In this document: positions 11,304-22,241 of the stretch, one piece after another
How positions within the stretch are numbered: the stretch's first letter is position 1
Layout of the letters: every line of letters starts with the position of its first letter
Notes under the pieces: generated by a model
The model's input: the letters and a program-made list of their open reading frames with translations, nothing else
Told to the model about the DNA's origin: nothing
Database searches by the model: none
Made by a program: the position numbers and the translations under genes
From: Podarcis muralis
Lineage: Eukaryota
Length of the DNA stretch: 64,000 nucleotides
NCBI RefSeq assembly: GCF_964188315.1
Contig: NC_135657.1
Span: 806,001-870,000, forward strand
Direction: 5' to 3'

Positions 11304-13353
11304 TAATTTCTCCGTTCCGTGACTGTGTGTCCCCCCCCCTGCTTTCCAGCAACTGGCATTCAAGAGTCTTGCTGCCTCCAGTGGCAGTGAGTTCCGTAGG
11401 CTAACAGCATGAAGAAGTCCTAGCAGCTCTGGAGGCCTCGCCTCGGTGCCCCACATGCCACCCCTTCCCCCATGCTCCTCTGCCCCATAAGCCGCTCTCC
11501 CTGGCTCCTGTGCCGGGCCCTTGAGCCGTGGGGTGGGAGTGGAGGGTGTTCCAGCTGCTGGGCGGCTGAGCCAACTTTTCCTGGGAACGTCCACGCCAAT
11601 TCACCCCCTGAAAATATCTCTTGTCTGGGAGCAGCTGGACTTTTGCAGGGCTGGGTGACCCCTCTTTCCACGGACCTTTGAGGGTCCTGCCTGGAGGAGG
11701 AGGAGGAAAGCTCGTTAGCTCGCTCATTAGGGCAGGCTTTGGTCCGGGGCCAGGGTGGATTTATGAGTTCGGCCTTGGCCCCAGCCCCCTTTCCCAGAGA
11801 AGAACAGACGAGGCTGCCTTCCCTCTCCCCCCATCGCCCCACAAGCAGCAACTGGAAGCCTGAGCTCCTCTTAGCCCCACAGGCAGCCCCGGCCAAATGT
11901 AGGTTTTTCTCCCCAGCCCATGCCTCCCATGGGGTCCTTCCAGAAAAAGAGATGGCCCCAGGCTGCCCAGACCCCCTCCTCAGGGACCCAGGGGACCCAC
12001 CCCAATCTTCTTGCAGCCGTAGCAACGCACTCTGCACATGCTCAGAGCCACACTGTGCAAAGGATGCAGTTTTGTTAATAGCGGCCACAGATTGCATGTG
12101 TTTCGGGAGCTGGCAAAATTCAATGCAGTAAAAGCATGGTGCAACATCATGATTTAAGCACTAGGTCAGGGGGTCCCTAAGTAGGGGGTGGGGTTGCCTA
12201 GGGGGCGCTGAGAGGGAGGGGGAGATGACGGTCAGCTGGTCTCACTAGATCAAATTCAACTGGTTTGAACTGGAATCTGAATAAACTGTGCAAGATCGTG
12301 ACTGGTTTGGATTTGAGGGAGTTCTCTTCCTCGTAGGGAGACATGCAAACCGCCATTCTGAATAGGGTTTTCTGTAGGGTGGGGGGCACTGGGGATGCAT
12401 GGAGGGAACCTAGGGGGCAGGCCCCCAAAAAAGTTTGGGACCCACTGCACAAGATGGAAGACTCAAAGAACAGCTGTCCAGAGCTGTGGCAAGTTTCAAA
12501 GGCCTGGGGAGATAAAAGGGTTTTGTCTGTGCCAAACCCCCCAAAATTCAGGAAGGGCTTTCTGGGGGAGGGTCTCTGGCAAGGAAAAGCCCGTCCTCTG
12601 GGCTCCAGGCCGAGAGGCAGCCCAGCCCCACAGCCTTCTGGTCCCCAACCCTGAAGGGCTTTAGCAGTCAAAGCCAGCCCTCTCCATTAGCCCTGGAAAC
12701 AGACTGGGGGGTGGCATAGCAGGGGGCCATAAGCTCAGCGCCAGGGGTGGACTAGAGGACCTTTGGAGTCCCTTCCACCTCTAGGGTTCCAGCAGGCAGC
12801 AAGTCTGAGCACACATTGCAGGAGGGGGAGCCCCACGCAAAGGCAAGCTGCTTATATGGAGCAGTTATAAAAGATGTTTCTGAACAAATTCCTGCATTGC
12901 AGGGGTTGGACTAGATGACCCTAGGTGTCCCTTCCGACTCGAGGATTCTGCGAAATGCTGGAAGTGGTCTGGCACCAGGTCGCCTCCCTCTGACCCTCCT
13001 AAGACCTCCTGTATTAGATGGTATGGACTCCAGTCCACCCTACAAACAGCTTTTAAGGGGTCCAGAGGGGTCCTGTAACCCGCTCTGGGAAGAGCGCAGC
13101 CTGGGACTCGACTGTCCCTCCGAATGCAGCCCCAGAGGGCAGAGGAGGGTTTGGGGGGCACCCAGGCTTCTCCAGGAGGCAGGAAGCACCCCATGGCACC
13201 CTCACCCCTGGGAGAATCAGAGAACCGTAAAGTTGGAGGGATCCCCAAAGGTCATCCAGCCCAACCCTCTGCAGTGCAGGAATCTCAGCTAGAGAATCGT
13301 CTCTCTTCCGAGGGAGTCCGGTCCACCGTCAGATCTTGCGTCACGGAAACGGG

Positions 13354-15202
13354 TCATGGCTGTGCCCCCCTGGCGTCAGGACCCATCTGAGCCCACCCGC
13401 CGGGGGCAGGCAAGGGTACGACTGCTGCTTCTGCGGAAGGGCGGCCTCCAGGCCAGGAGCCCACGTAGAGGGTGCAGCGCAGGGGCCACTTCTGCAAGAC
13501 AGGAAGGTGAGATGGGGGGTGAGGGGGAGAAGGAGCGAGAGGAGCCCTGCCGCTCTGTCAGGCCCCTTCTGCCTCTGGTCTGGGCCAGCCAATCATAATC
13601 ATCATAATCAACGTTTCAAAATCGGTGCCTGAGTTTTGAGTTTTCCTCTTCCCTCCCTGTTGCTTTTACCTTGCATGCCGTGAGGTTTTTTGGTGGCAGG
13701 GCCTGTCTCATTTCAAATGTATATAGGCCGCTCTGGACGCCATGTTGGCGGAAGAGCAGGGTGCAAAGGCCAAAAATGAAGCGAAGCAAACAAACTTGGG
13801 GGAGGCCCAGGGACCCCCCCCCAAAGGACTCTGGCTACTGAATAGATATTCCCACCCGCTTCACAGGGCTCCTTGTGAGGAAACCACCAGTGCTTCAACG
13901 TGCGACTTGGGCTTGCCAGTTCCCTGGCAGATGCTGCCAAAGCAATCCCCCTCCATTGCCCGTTCGCAACTGCCAATGCCAGACCCCCAGAGGGGGAGAC
14001 CAGCCCTCTCCCCCCCCTTACCTTCAGTGGGTGCAAGAAGGCTGCTGGGGGCATCCTGGGCGTGAGGGGCCCCTGCTGGAGGGTCTGGCTCAGGTGGGTG
14101 ATGTAGCTGGTGGCCAAGAGGAGGATGTCCAGCTTGGAGAGCTTGGTGCCAGGGGGCACATCGGGCAGCGCTGCCTGCAGGGCGAGGAAAGCCTGGCGGA
14201 GGGTCTGCACGCGGCTTCGCTCCCGGGCGGCAATGGGGGCCCTCCTGCGGCCCTGAGGACGAGGAGACACAGCGGCGTCAGCCCAAGGTGGGGCTACCAA
14301 TGGCCCTGTCCGGCTGCTGGGCTGGCCAGGCCCAAGCCACACATTCCTCTGGCCCTACAGCAAGGACATCACATGACCCACCCCCCACAGAACTGGGGGC
14401 TTGGCTGAGGGTGCCCTTGTGCTCCTTTTATCTCCCTTTATTCCAGCTGTTTAGCTGCAATTCCTGCACTGCAATGGGGTGGACTAGATGAGCCTTGGGA
14501 GCACCTTCCAAACTTACGTCTCCCTACATTCCCAGCCACATAAGAGCCAGTGTGCCATAGGTAAAGGTAAAGGGACCCCTGACCATTAGGTCCAGTCATG
14601 GACGACTCTGGGGTTGCGACGCTCATCTCGCTTTACTGGCCGAGGGAGCCAGCGTACAGCTTCCGGGTCATGTGGCCAGCATGACTAAGCCGCTTCTGGC
14701 GAACCAGAGCAGCACACGGAAACGCCATTTACCTTGCCGCCGGAGTGGTACCTATTTATCTACTTGCACATGACGCGCTTTCAAACTGCTAGGTTGGCAG
14801 GAGCAGGGACTGAGCAATGGGAGCTCACCCCATCGTGGGGATTCGAACCAGTGTGCCACAGAAGTGTCCAAATGGGGCCTGGCAGAGACCAGGGTTCAAA
14901 TCCCCCCTCAGCCAGGAAACTCATTAGGGTGTGGCCGTGGCTCTCAGCCTGACCTCCCTGGCAGGGTTGCTGTGAGGCTAAAATGGGGAGGGACAGAACC
15001 ATGTGCGCCACCCGGAGCGCCTTGCAGGGCCGTAGCTCAGCGGCAGAGTGGCAGACCTTCCATGCAAAAGGTCCGGGCTGGGAGAGACTCTGTGCCTGAA
15101 ACCCTAGAGAGCAGTGGCTGCCGGTCAGAGTAGGCCATACTAAGCTAGAAGGAACACAGGCAGCTTCCTATGTTCCTTATGCTCTCTGGTGGGATAGAAG
15201 TG

Positions 15203-15234
<32 letters not shown>

Positions 15235-15972
15235 GCTTTGTTGGGCCTCAGCGCCATCTCTCAAGCAGCAAACCCCAGGTCTTCTGAAATGGGAACAGGG
15301 AATGTGCCTGGCCAGCAGTGGGGCTGCCAGCCTGGCCAGCAATCGAGGCAGGAGTCATCGTCCAGCCATCTCTGGGGTGACCCACCACACACACCCCCTG
15401 CTCCCAGCCTTGCTCTGCAAGCCCTCCCTCCTTCCTTGGACCAGCGGCTCCAGGTGTGGCGCGCTGCTTAAGAACAGAGTAACACGAGATGAGCCCTCCT
15501 GGATCAGGCCCGGGGGAGCCCAGTGGCCAAATACCACAAAGAACCCAGGAGTCTAGATAGACTGCCTCTGGAACTGGAGGTTCTATCAGACCAGACCAGC
15601 TGCTGGTCAGTGGGGATTCCACCTAGTCTAGCCTCTTATGCCCACTGTGGGAAACCCACGAGCAGGATCCGAGCGTGAGAGCAACCCTCTCCCCTGAGCC
15701 ATCAGATGCCCCCAGGCTGCTGCCCTCCTTACCCTCCTTGCAGCTGCGACTGGCACTTCGTCCCCGGGCAGCCGGCCGGCTCCTCTGGCTCTGCTGCCCC
15801 TTCTCTGGCTCCTGCTCAGCCCCACTGGTCCCCTCCGTCTGCGGCCTGAGGATGAGGACGCCTGGGACTCCCTCTGGCTGCTAGTCCCACGGCACAGGAG
15901 GCAGGCAGCTTGGGGGGCGCAGGGGCCAAGCGCCTTCTCCCCGGTCCCGGCCACGGACTCTGGCTCAGCCAT
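13354..15972 (-). CDS. TCF23: bHLH transcription factor TCF23 (OUT), about 202 aa; join(complement 15733..15972,14022..14252,13354..13491)
   Basis: [47 protein letters not shown], then LHPLK|KWPLRCTLY across a phase-0 intron, typical of TCF23/TCF24. Synteny indicates TCF23. Exon 1 is poorly conserved and assigned from its ATG and in-phase gtaag donor. Confidence 0.88.
14561..14847 (-). mobile_element. Sauria SINE, 5'-truncated, inserted in the head of a MIR-like SINE
   Basis: Same body; flanked by CCAGTGTGCCA(T/C)AG at 14547-14560 and 14848-14861 (target-site duplication). Confidence 0.85.
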
Positions 15973-16376
15973 CCCTCCTACTGCTGGCCCTGATCCTCCT
16001 CCTCTGGGGCCAGATGTGCTTTGCGGCCGCCAGGAGGACTCCCAGCGCCCCTATCCCAGCTGGGAGGATCCGGCCCCAGCCCAGCCTCCTGCTGGGACAG
16101 CTCAGGCAGCTCCACCCAGCTGGCTCCAGAAAGAGACCCTCCGCCCCACAAGCATGGCCTCGGAGAACTCAGGCCCAGGTGGGGCTGGCCAAAGAATCAT
16201 AGAAATACAGAATTGGGAGGGACCCCTGAGGGTCATCTAGTCCAACCCGCTGCAATGCTGGGCTTTGTTTTGGGGCAGGGAGGCAGCGGCTCGGCAACAC
16301 ACAGGGCACATAAGAAGAGCTTGCTGGATCAGGCCAGGGGCCCGTCTAGTCCGGCATCCTGTTCTCAGTGGACAAC

Positions 16377-17035
16377 TTGTTGTTGTTGTTGTTTAGTTGT
16401 GTCCGACTCCTTGTGACCCCCTGGACCAGAGCACGCCAGGCGCTCCTGTCTTCCACTGCCTCCCTCATGCTGGTAGCTTTGAGAACACTGTCCCACCATC
16501 TTGTCCTCCGTCGTCCCCTTCTCCTTGTGCCCTCCATCTTTCCCAACATCAGGGTCTTTTCCAGGGAGTCTTCTCTTCTCATGAGGTGGCCAAATGATTG
16601 GAGCCTCAGCTCCAGGATCTGTCCTTCCAGTGAGCGCTCAGGGCTGGTTTCCTTCAGAATGGAGAGGTTGGATCTTCTTGAAGTCCATGGGACTCTCCAG
16701 AGTCTCCTCCAGCACCAGAATTCAAAAGCATCCATTCTTCGGCCATCAGCCTTCTTTGTGGTCCAGCTCTCACTTCCATACATCACTACAGTGCTACCTC
16801 GGGTTAAGTACTTAATTCGTTCCGGAGGTCCATACTTAACCTGAAACTGTTCTTAACCTAAAGCATCACTTTAGCTAATGGGGCCTCCCGCTGCCGCCAT
16901 GCCGCCGGAGCCCAATTTCTGTTCTTATCCTGAAGCAAAGTTCTTAACCTGAAACACTATTTCTGGGTTAGCGGAGTCTGTAACCTGAAGCGTATGTAAC
17001 CCAAGGTCCACTGTAGTGGGAAAACCATAGCTTGC
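16377..17035 (-). mobile_element. BovB (RTE) LINE 3' fragment interrupted by a MITE
   Basis: MYGSESWTTKKADGRRMDAFEFWCWRRLWRVPWT...[11 protein letters not shown]; (AAC)n tail. Confidence 0.88.
16789..17013. mobile_element. Tigger-like MITE, family 1, nested in BovB
   Basis: Same TIRs and body; TA on both sides. Confidence 0.87.
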
Positions 17036-17875
17036 AACAAATTCTCTTAGCTCCCAGACTTGCTTTGTCTCCTGTTTGGCCCATCTTCTTCACACAGCGC
17101 AGTGTTAGACTGTGGAACTCCCTCCCACAGGAAGCACTGATGGCCACCGACCTGGATGGCTTTAAAAGATTGGACAAATCCACGCAGGAGGAGCTTTCGA
17201 TGGCTCCTAGTCAGGATGGCCCTGACTGCCTCCACAGTCGAGGAAGCAATGCTTCTGGATCCCAGTTCCTGGAGACAAGAGGAGGGGAGAATGGTGCTTG
17301 TGTTCGAATCCTGCCGGCTGGTTTCCCAGAATGGCATCTGGTTGTCGGCCGCTGTGAGAACAGGATGTTGGAGGAGATGGCCTGATCCTTGGGCCTGATC
17401 CTGCAGGCTCGTCTTCTGTTCTTCTGGAACCTCCAGGTCCAGAGGCAGTCTATCTTGCTTCCTAGGTTCTTTGGGGCCTTTGCAGGACCAGATGGGCCAC
17501 TTCTCCTCCGAAGTCTCAAAAACTGGCAGTGCAGCTGTGCTTTCCGCAGGGAGGGAAGAGAGGGGCGAGCGAGGCAGGAAGACGGCTTCGCTCCTGGCCA
17601 GAGCTGGGGCCAGTGCTGGATTTACATATAGGCTAAACAAGCTATAGCTTAAGGCTCTACTCTTTTGGCCCCCCAAATTTTTTTAAAGGAATAAGAAAAC
17701 TGGATGTACATTTCCAAAATATAAGATAAACAACAAATAAAATAAAACCTACATACAGCAACAGTGTTTTGTGTTGTGTAGGGTCCTAGAATGTAAGGAA
17801 TGGGCCCCACCTGCTCTCTAAAATATCCCTGGTTTGCTCCTTTCTATATATAGGGTGCCTACATTCTGCATGAGA

Positions 17876-18227
17876 GGGAATCGGGTGGCACTGTGGTCTA
17901 AACCCCAGAGCCTAGGACTTGCCGATCAGAAGGTCGGCGGTTTGAATCAGTGTTGGGGTGAGCTCCCGTTGCTCAGTCCCTGCTTCTGCCAACCTAGCAG
18001 TTCAAAAGCACCTCCGAGTGCAAGTAGATAAATAGGTACCACTCCGGCGGGAAGGTAAACAGCATTTCCGTGTGTTGCTCTGGTTCTCCAGAAGCGGCTT
18101 AGTCCTGCTGGCCACATGACCTGGAAGTTGTACGCCGGCTCCCTCGGCCAATAAAGTGAGATGAGCGCCACAACCCCAGAGTCGGTCACGACTGGACCTA
18201 ATGGTCAGGGGTCCCTTTACCTTTACA
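17876..18227 (+). mobile_element. Sauria SINE
   Basis: Same head, body and CCCTTTACCTTTAC tail. Confidence 0.88.
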
Positions 18228-18469
18228 TTACATTCTGCATGGACTGTTTGCATGGAAACATGTGCAAAGGGCTTGAGATACCTATGAGGTCCCTAAATGA
18301 CCATCTAGCATATATTCAACACCAAAAACAGCGACAAGGACAGCTGGACCTAGAAAGGGCCCCATCCCCTTCAGGAGCTGAGGGCCACATCAAACCTCAA
18401 TCCGGCCCTGGCTGGGACCCAGGAGAAGCAGCTGCCCCAGGCAAGAATTTTGAACCTGCAGGCGCAGCA

Positions 18470-18777
18470 TCTCGGAAGCCCCACTTAAGCAGCAGAGATC
18501 TCGGCTTCAGTCGCGGAGGCCGCTGTCTCTTTAAGGACTCCGGGCTTCCGCCCTTCCCAAAGATGGCGCGCCGCGCGACGGAGGGACGGGGCTGACGCGT
18601 GACGCGCGACGCCTCTCTCGCCGGCCGGGCTGGGCGCTGACGTGGGCCGGGAGTCCGCGCATGCCCACTCGGGACCTGAGCGAGCGGGGCTGCGGAGGAG
18701 GAAGAGGAAGAGCGCGGAGGGGCGAGGAGCCGAGGAGGGGGCGGCGCGGGCATGAGCTGACCTTTGACCCGCCCGCC
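18470..18777 (+). promoter_or_regulatory. PREB CpG-island promoter/5' UTR with YY1-like, UPRE and NRF1-like motifs
   Basis: Dense CpG; AAGATGGCG 18560-18568; TGACGTGG 18638-18645; two TGACGCG near 18593-18606; GCGCATGC 18657-18664. Confidence 0.7.
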
Positions 18778-21700
18778 ATGGCCCCCCGGCGGCCCCCGGA
18801 GCTCTACCGGGCGCCCTTCCCGCTCTACGCCCTGCGCGTGCACCGCGGGGCCCGCCTGGCGCTCATCGCGGGCGGCGGAGGCGCGGCCAAGACGGGCATC
18901 AAGAACGGCCTGGTGAGGGCACGGGGGGGGGGGCTGGGGAAGAGGGGGAGCCCGGTCCCCGGGGGGAGGGGAGGAAGGCGCGAAGGGGTTAATCTTCTGA
19001 GCAATGGCTGCTGACGTGCCCCCCTCTCCTTGGCACCCTCGGGTGCCCGCTTGGCACAGTGGGCGAGGGGGAGGAGGGTCTGGAAGCCCCCACCCCCAGG
19101 GCAGGGGGAAGAGGGGGAGCCCTCTCCTGGGGGGCACGAAGGGGTTAATCTTCTTAGCAATGGCTGACCTGCCCCCCGTCTCCCCCCCCCGGCACCCTCG
19201 GGCGCCCCCTTGGCACGGGAGGGGGCGAGGGGGAGGAGGACTTGGAAGACCCCCCCCCCCAGGGCCAGGGGAAGAGGCAGAGCCCTGTCTCCGGGGAGGG
19301 GAGGCACGAAGGGGTTAATCTTCTTAGCAATGGCTGACCTGCCCCCCCGTCTCCTCTCCCCCCTTGGCACCCTCGGGTGCCCCCTTGGCACAGTGGGTGA
19401 GTGGGAGGTGGGCCTGGAAGACCCCCCATGGCAGGTGGAAGAGGGGTTAATCTTCCTAGCAATGGCTGACCTGCCCCCCTCTTCTTTCTCCCCCCCCCCA
19501 GCATTTCCTGCAGCTGGACTGGCGAGGGGGGGAGCTGTGCGCCTCGCTGCTCCATGCTCACGACACGGAGACGCGCGCCACCATGACCATGGCGCTGGCC
19601 GGGGACCTCATCGCGGCCGGACAGGACGCCTCCTGCCACATCCTCAGCTTCCGCCTGCAGAAGCCCAGCGGGAAGAAAGCCGAGGCGGGGGCCGAAGGGG
19701 CTCCTGACAAAGCAGGTGGGGGCCGGCCCCCTGGAGAGAGGGGGATCCACTGGTGGGGCTGGTAGAGTTGGAAGGGATCCCTGAGGGACATCTAGTCCAA
19801 CCTGCTGCCATACAGGAATCGCAGCTCAAAGATCCCGTTTGGTCTCTTCGATTCCAGGGGAATCCATTCTTACCGCCAGAAAGTTCTTTCTGATATTTCA
19901 CTGGAATCTCCTTTCTTGGTTTGGGTCCCTTCCGGAGCAGCGGGATGCCAGCTTGCGGCCTCCTCCATTGCAGTCTTGCTCCGTCTTCCCTGAGGGAAGG
20001 GGCATGGTGGGCGGCGAGTGGGCAGAGTTGGCCGCAGCCCTCGATCTCTTCCGTTGCACCCCCAGGTGCTGGCGACAAGGGTCCCCGGAGGCGCAAGGCC
20101 CCCACCCCCAGCGGGTCGGGCAGCAACGGCGGCATGCGCAGCGAGACGAGCGAGGTGGCCGTGGAGACGCTGCACTGCGTCCAGACGGACACCAGCCCAG
20201 ACGCCCTGCAGAAGGCCGTCTGCTTCAACCACGACCACACTCTCCTGGCCACGGGGGGCGTGGATGGCTTCTTGCGCGTCTGGGAGGTAAGGGGAGGGCG
20301 CCTGAATGGGTGTTGTGATGGTGGGGAGGGCAAGAGGGGGTGCTCTGGTGCCAGGGGGGCCAAATATCTCCTTTTGTCTGCAGTTCCCCAGCATGAAGAA
20401 ATCCCTGGAGTTCCAGGCCCACAACGGGGAGATTGAGGACATAGCGCTGAGCCCAGACAACAAGGTGAGGGGGTGCTGGTCTGGTCCCTGGGGGTCTGTT
20501 AGGGGGCACCGCAGGAGCTTCCGAGACCCCAGTCCTGGTGGTCCTTGGAATAGCCACTAGCTTGCAAAGGGAAGAGGCTCCTTCTCTGTCTGGGTTCAGA
20601 GACCAGGACTTTGTTGAGCAGGAGGAGGGAGATGGGCAATGCCAAGGCAGGTGCCCTCGGGGTGCCCATGGGGCCTGGGGGTTGTTCCTCTTGTGACTGT
20701 GCAGAGGGGTCTCCAGCATATTACTTCCTGGAGCAAGGGAGGGGGGCTCCAGAGACCCCCAGAAAGGCAAGTTGAGCAATGGATTTGACCAGTTCGTGGA
20801 GAAAAGGCCTGTTGGTGGCTCCTGGCTGTGCTGTGCCCCCCCCCCCCGCCAGTCGCAGCCAGCGATGCTTCTGAACGCCAGTTGCTGGGAACCCCAGGAG
20901 GGTGGAGAGCTCATGCGCTCAGATCCTGCTCGCTGGGTTCCCATGGGGACTTCCGATCGGCCGCTGTGAGACCAGGATGCAGGACCAAATCTAGCAGCCA
21001 GGCTCTTCATGTGTCAAGGAAATGAAGTGCGTTTTTTATTTTGGCTGGGGAGGGCTTTGCATCCTTGTCTCTCCTCGTCTCTCAGCCCAGGGGCTCAAAG
21101 CAAACGGCCCCTTTTTAAAAGTGGGGCAGGCGATGGGTCTGCGCTGCACAGCCAGGCCCAGGGAGCAAAATGAACGCGTGGTTCTGAGCCCACGTGGTCC
21201 CCCCCGCCGTTGGGTCGCTAGGCCTTTTCCAGCCCTTCCTTGAGGCCATTGGGCTTCTTGCAAAATGCTCCCCCTGGGGCAGCGCGCTGTGAATAGGGGC
21301 CAAAGTCCCTGCTTGTGGAAATGAAGCTCTGAGTTCCAATCCAGACCTTTCAAGTCTCCCAAGGCTGGGTGCAGAAGGGGGGAAAGGCAGGAAGCAGCCG
21401 TCACTTTGCCTTCCTTCTTCCTCCAGCAAGGAAAGCGACGGACTCCGGAGGGCCTCCCTCCCCTGAGCCAAGGCCGGTGGGCTTCTTGACGAGGGCTGGG
21501 GGTTGTTGTGTGTGTGTGTGTGGGGTGTTCCTGGGGTCCCTCGTCCTCCCTGAGCCCCGCCCTCTCGCCCCTCCGCAGGTGGTGACGGTGGGCCGGGACT
21601 TCCAGTGCTGCGTCTGGCAGCGGGACCAGATGGTGACGGGGCTGCACTGGAACGAGAACCTCCCGGGCATCCCGGAAAAGGCCTACCGCTACCAGGCCTG

Positions 21701-22190
21701 CAGGTAATTGGCTGGGCAGGTGGGCAGGCGGGGCCCCTGCGTGGGCTGTCCGTCCCCTGATGCCTCCTCCCCCTTCTGGCGCAGGTTCGGGACGGTGGAG
21801 GACCAGGCTCAGGCGCTGCGTCTCTACACGGTGCAAATCCCCTACAAGCGGGAGCGGCGCCCGCCCCCCTGCTACATCACCAAGTGGGACGGGCACAGCT
21901 TCCTCCCGCTGCTCACCAGGCCCTGCGGCAACGAGGTCGTCTCCTGTCTGTCCGTCAGGTAGGCCACGCCTCTCTCACTTTCCTCCTTTCAGAAGTGCAG
22001 GGGTCCTCCCAGCACTTAGGGGCTCCACTCCCCTCATCCCTGACCATTGGCCTTGCTGGCCGTTGGGGGTTGGAATCTGATACTGAAGCTCCCGGCTGCC
22101 TGCAAACTGTACTGTCTTGGGTTGAGCCCTTTCTCCTTTAATCCCAGATGGATGCTGTAGTTGAGATTCCTGCCTTGCTGGGTTGGGCTA

Positions 22191-22241
<51 letters not shown>

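Noticed and set aside
18161-18595. 144-aa ORF upstream of PREB as a PRR30 candidate
   Set aside because: Begins inside a Sauria SINE and has no resemblance I can support.
18982-19500. CRISPR-like repeat-spacer pattern
   Set aside because: Eukaryotic intron; the intervening segments are homologous to each other; no cas genes.
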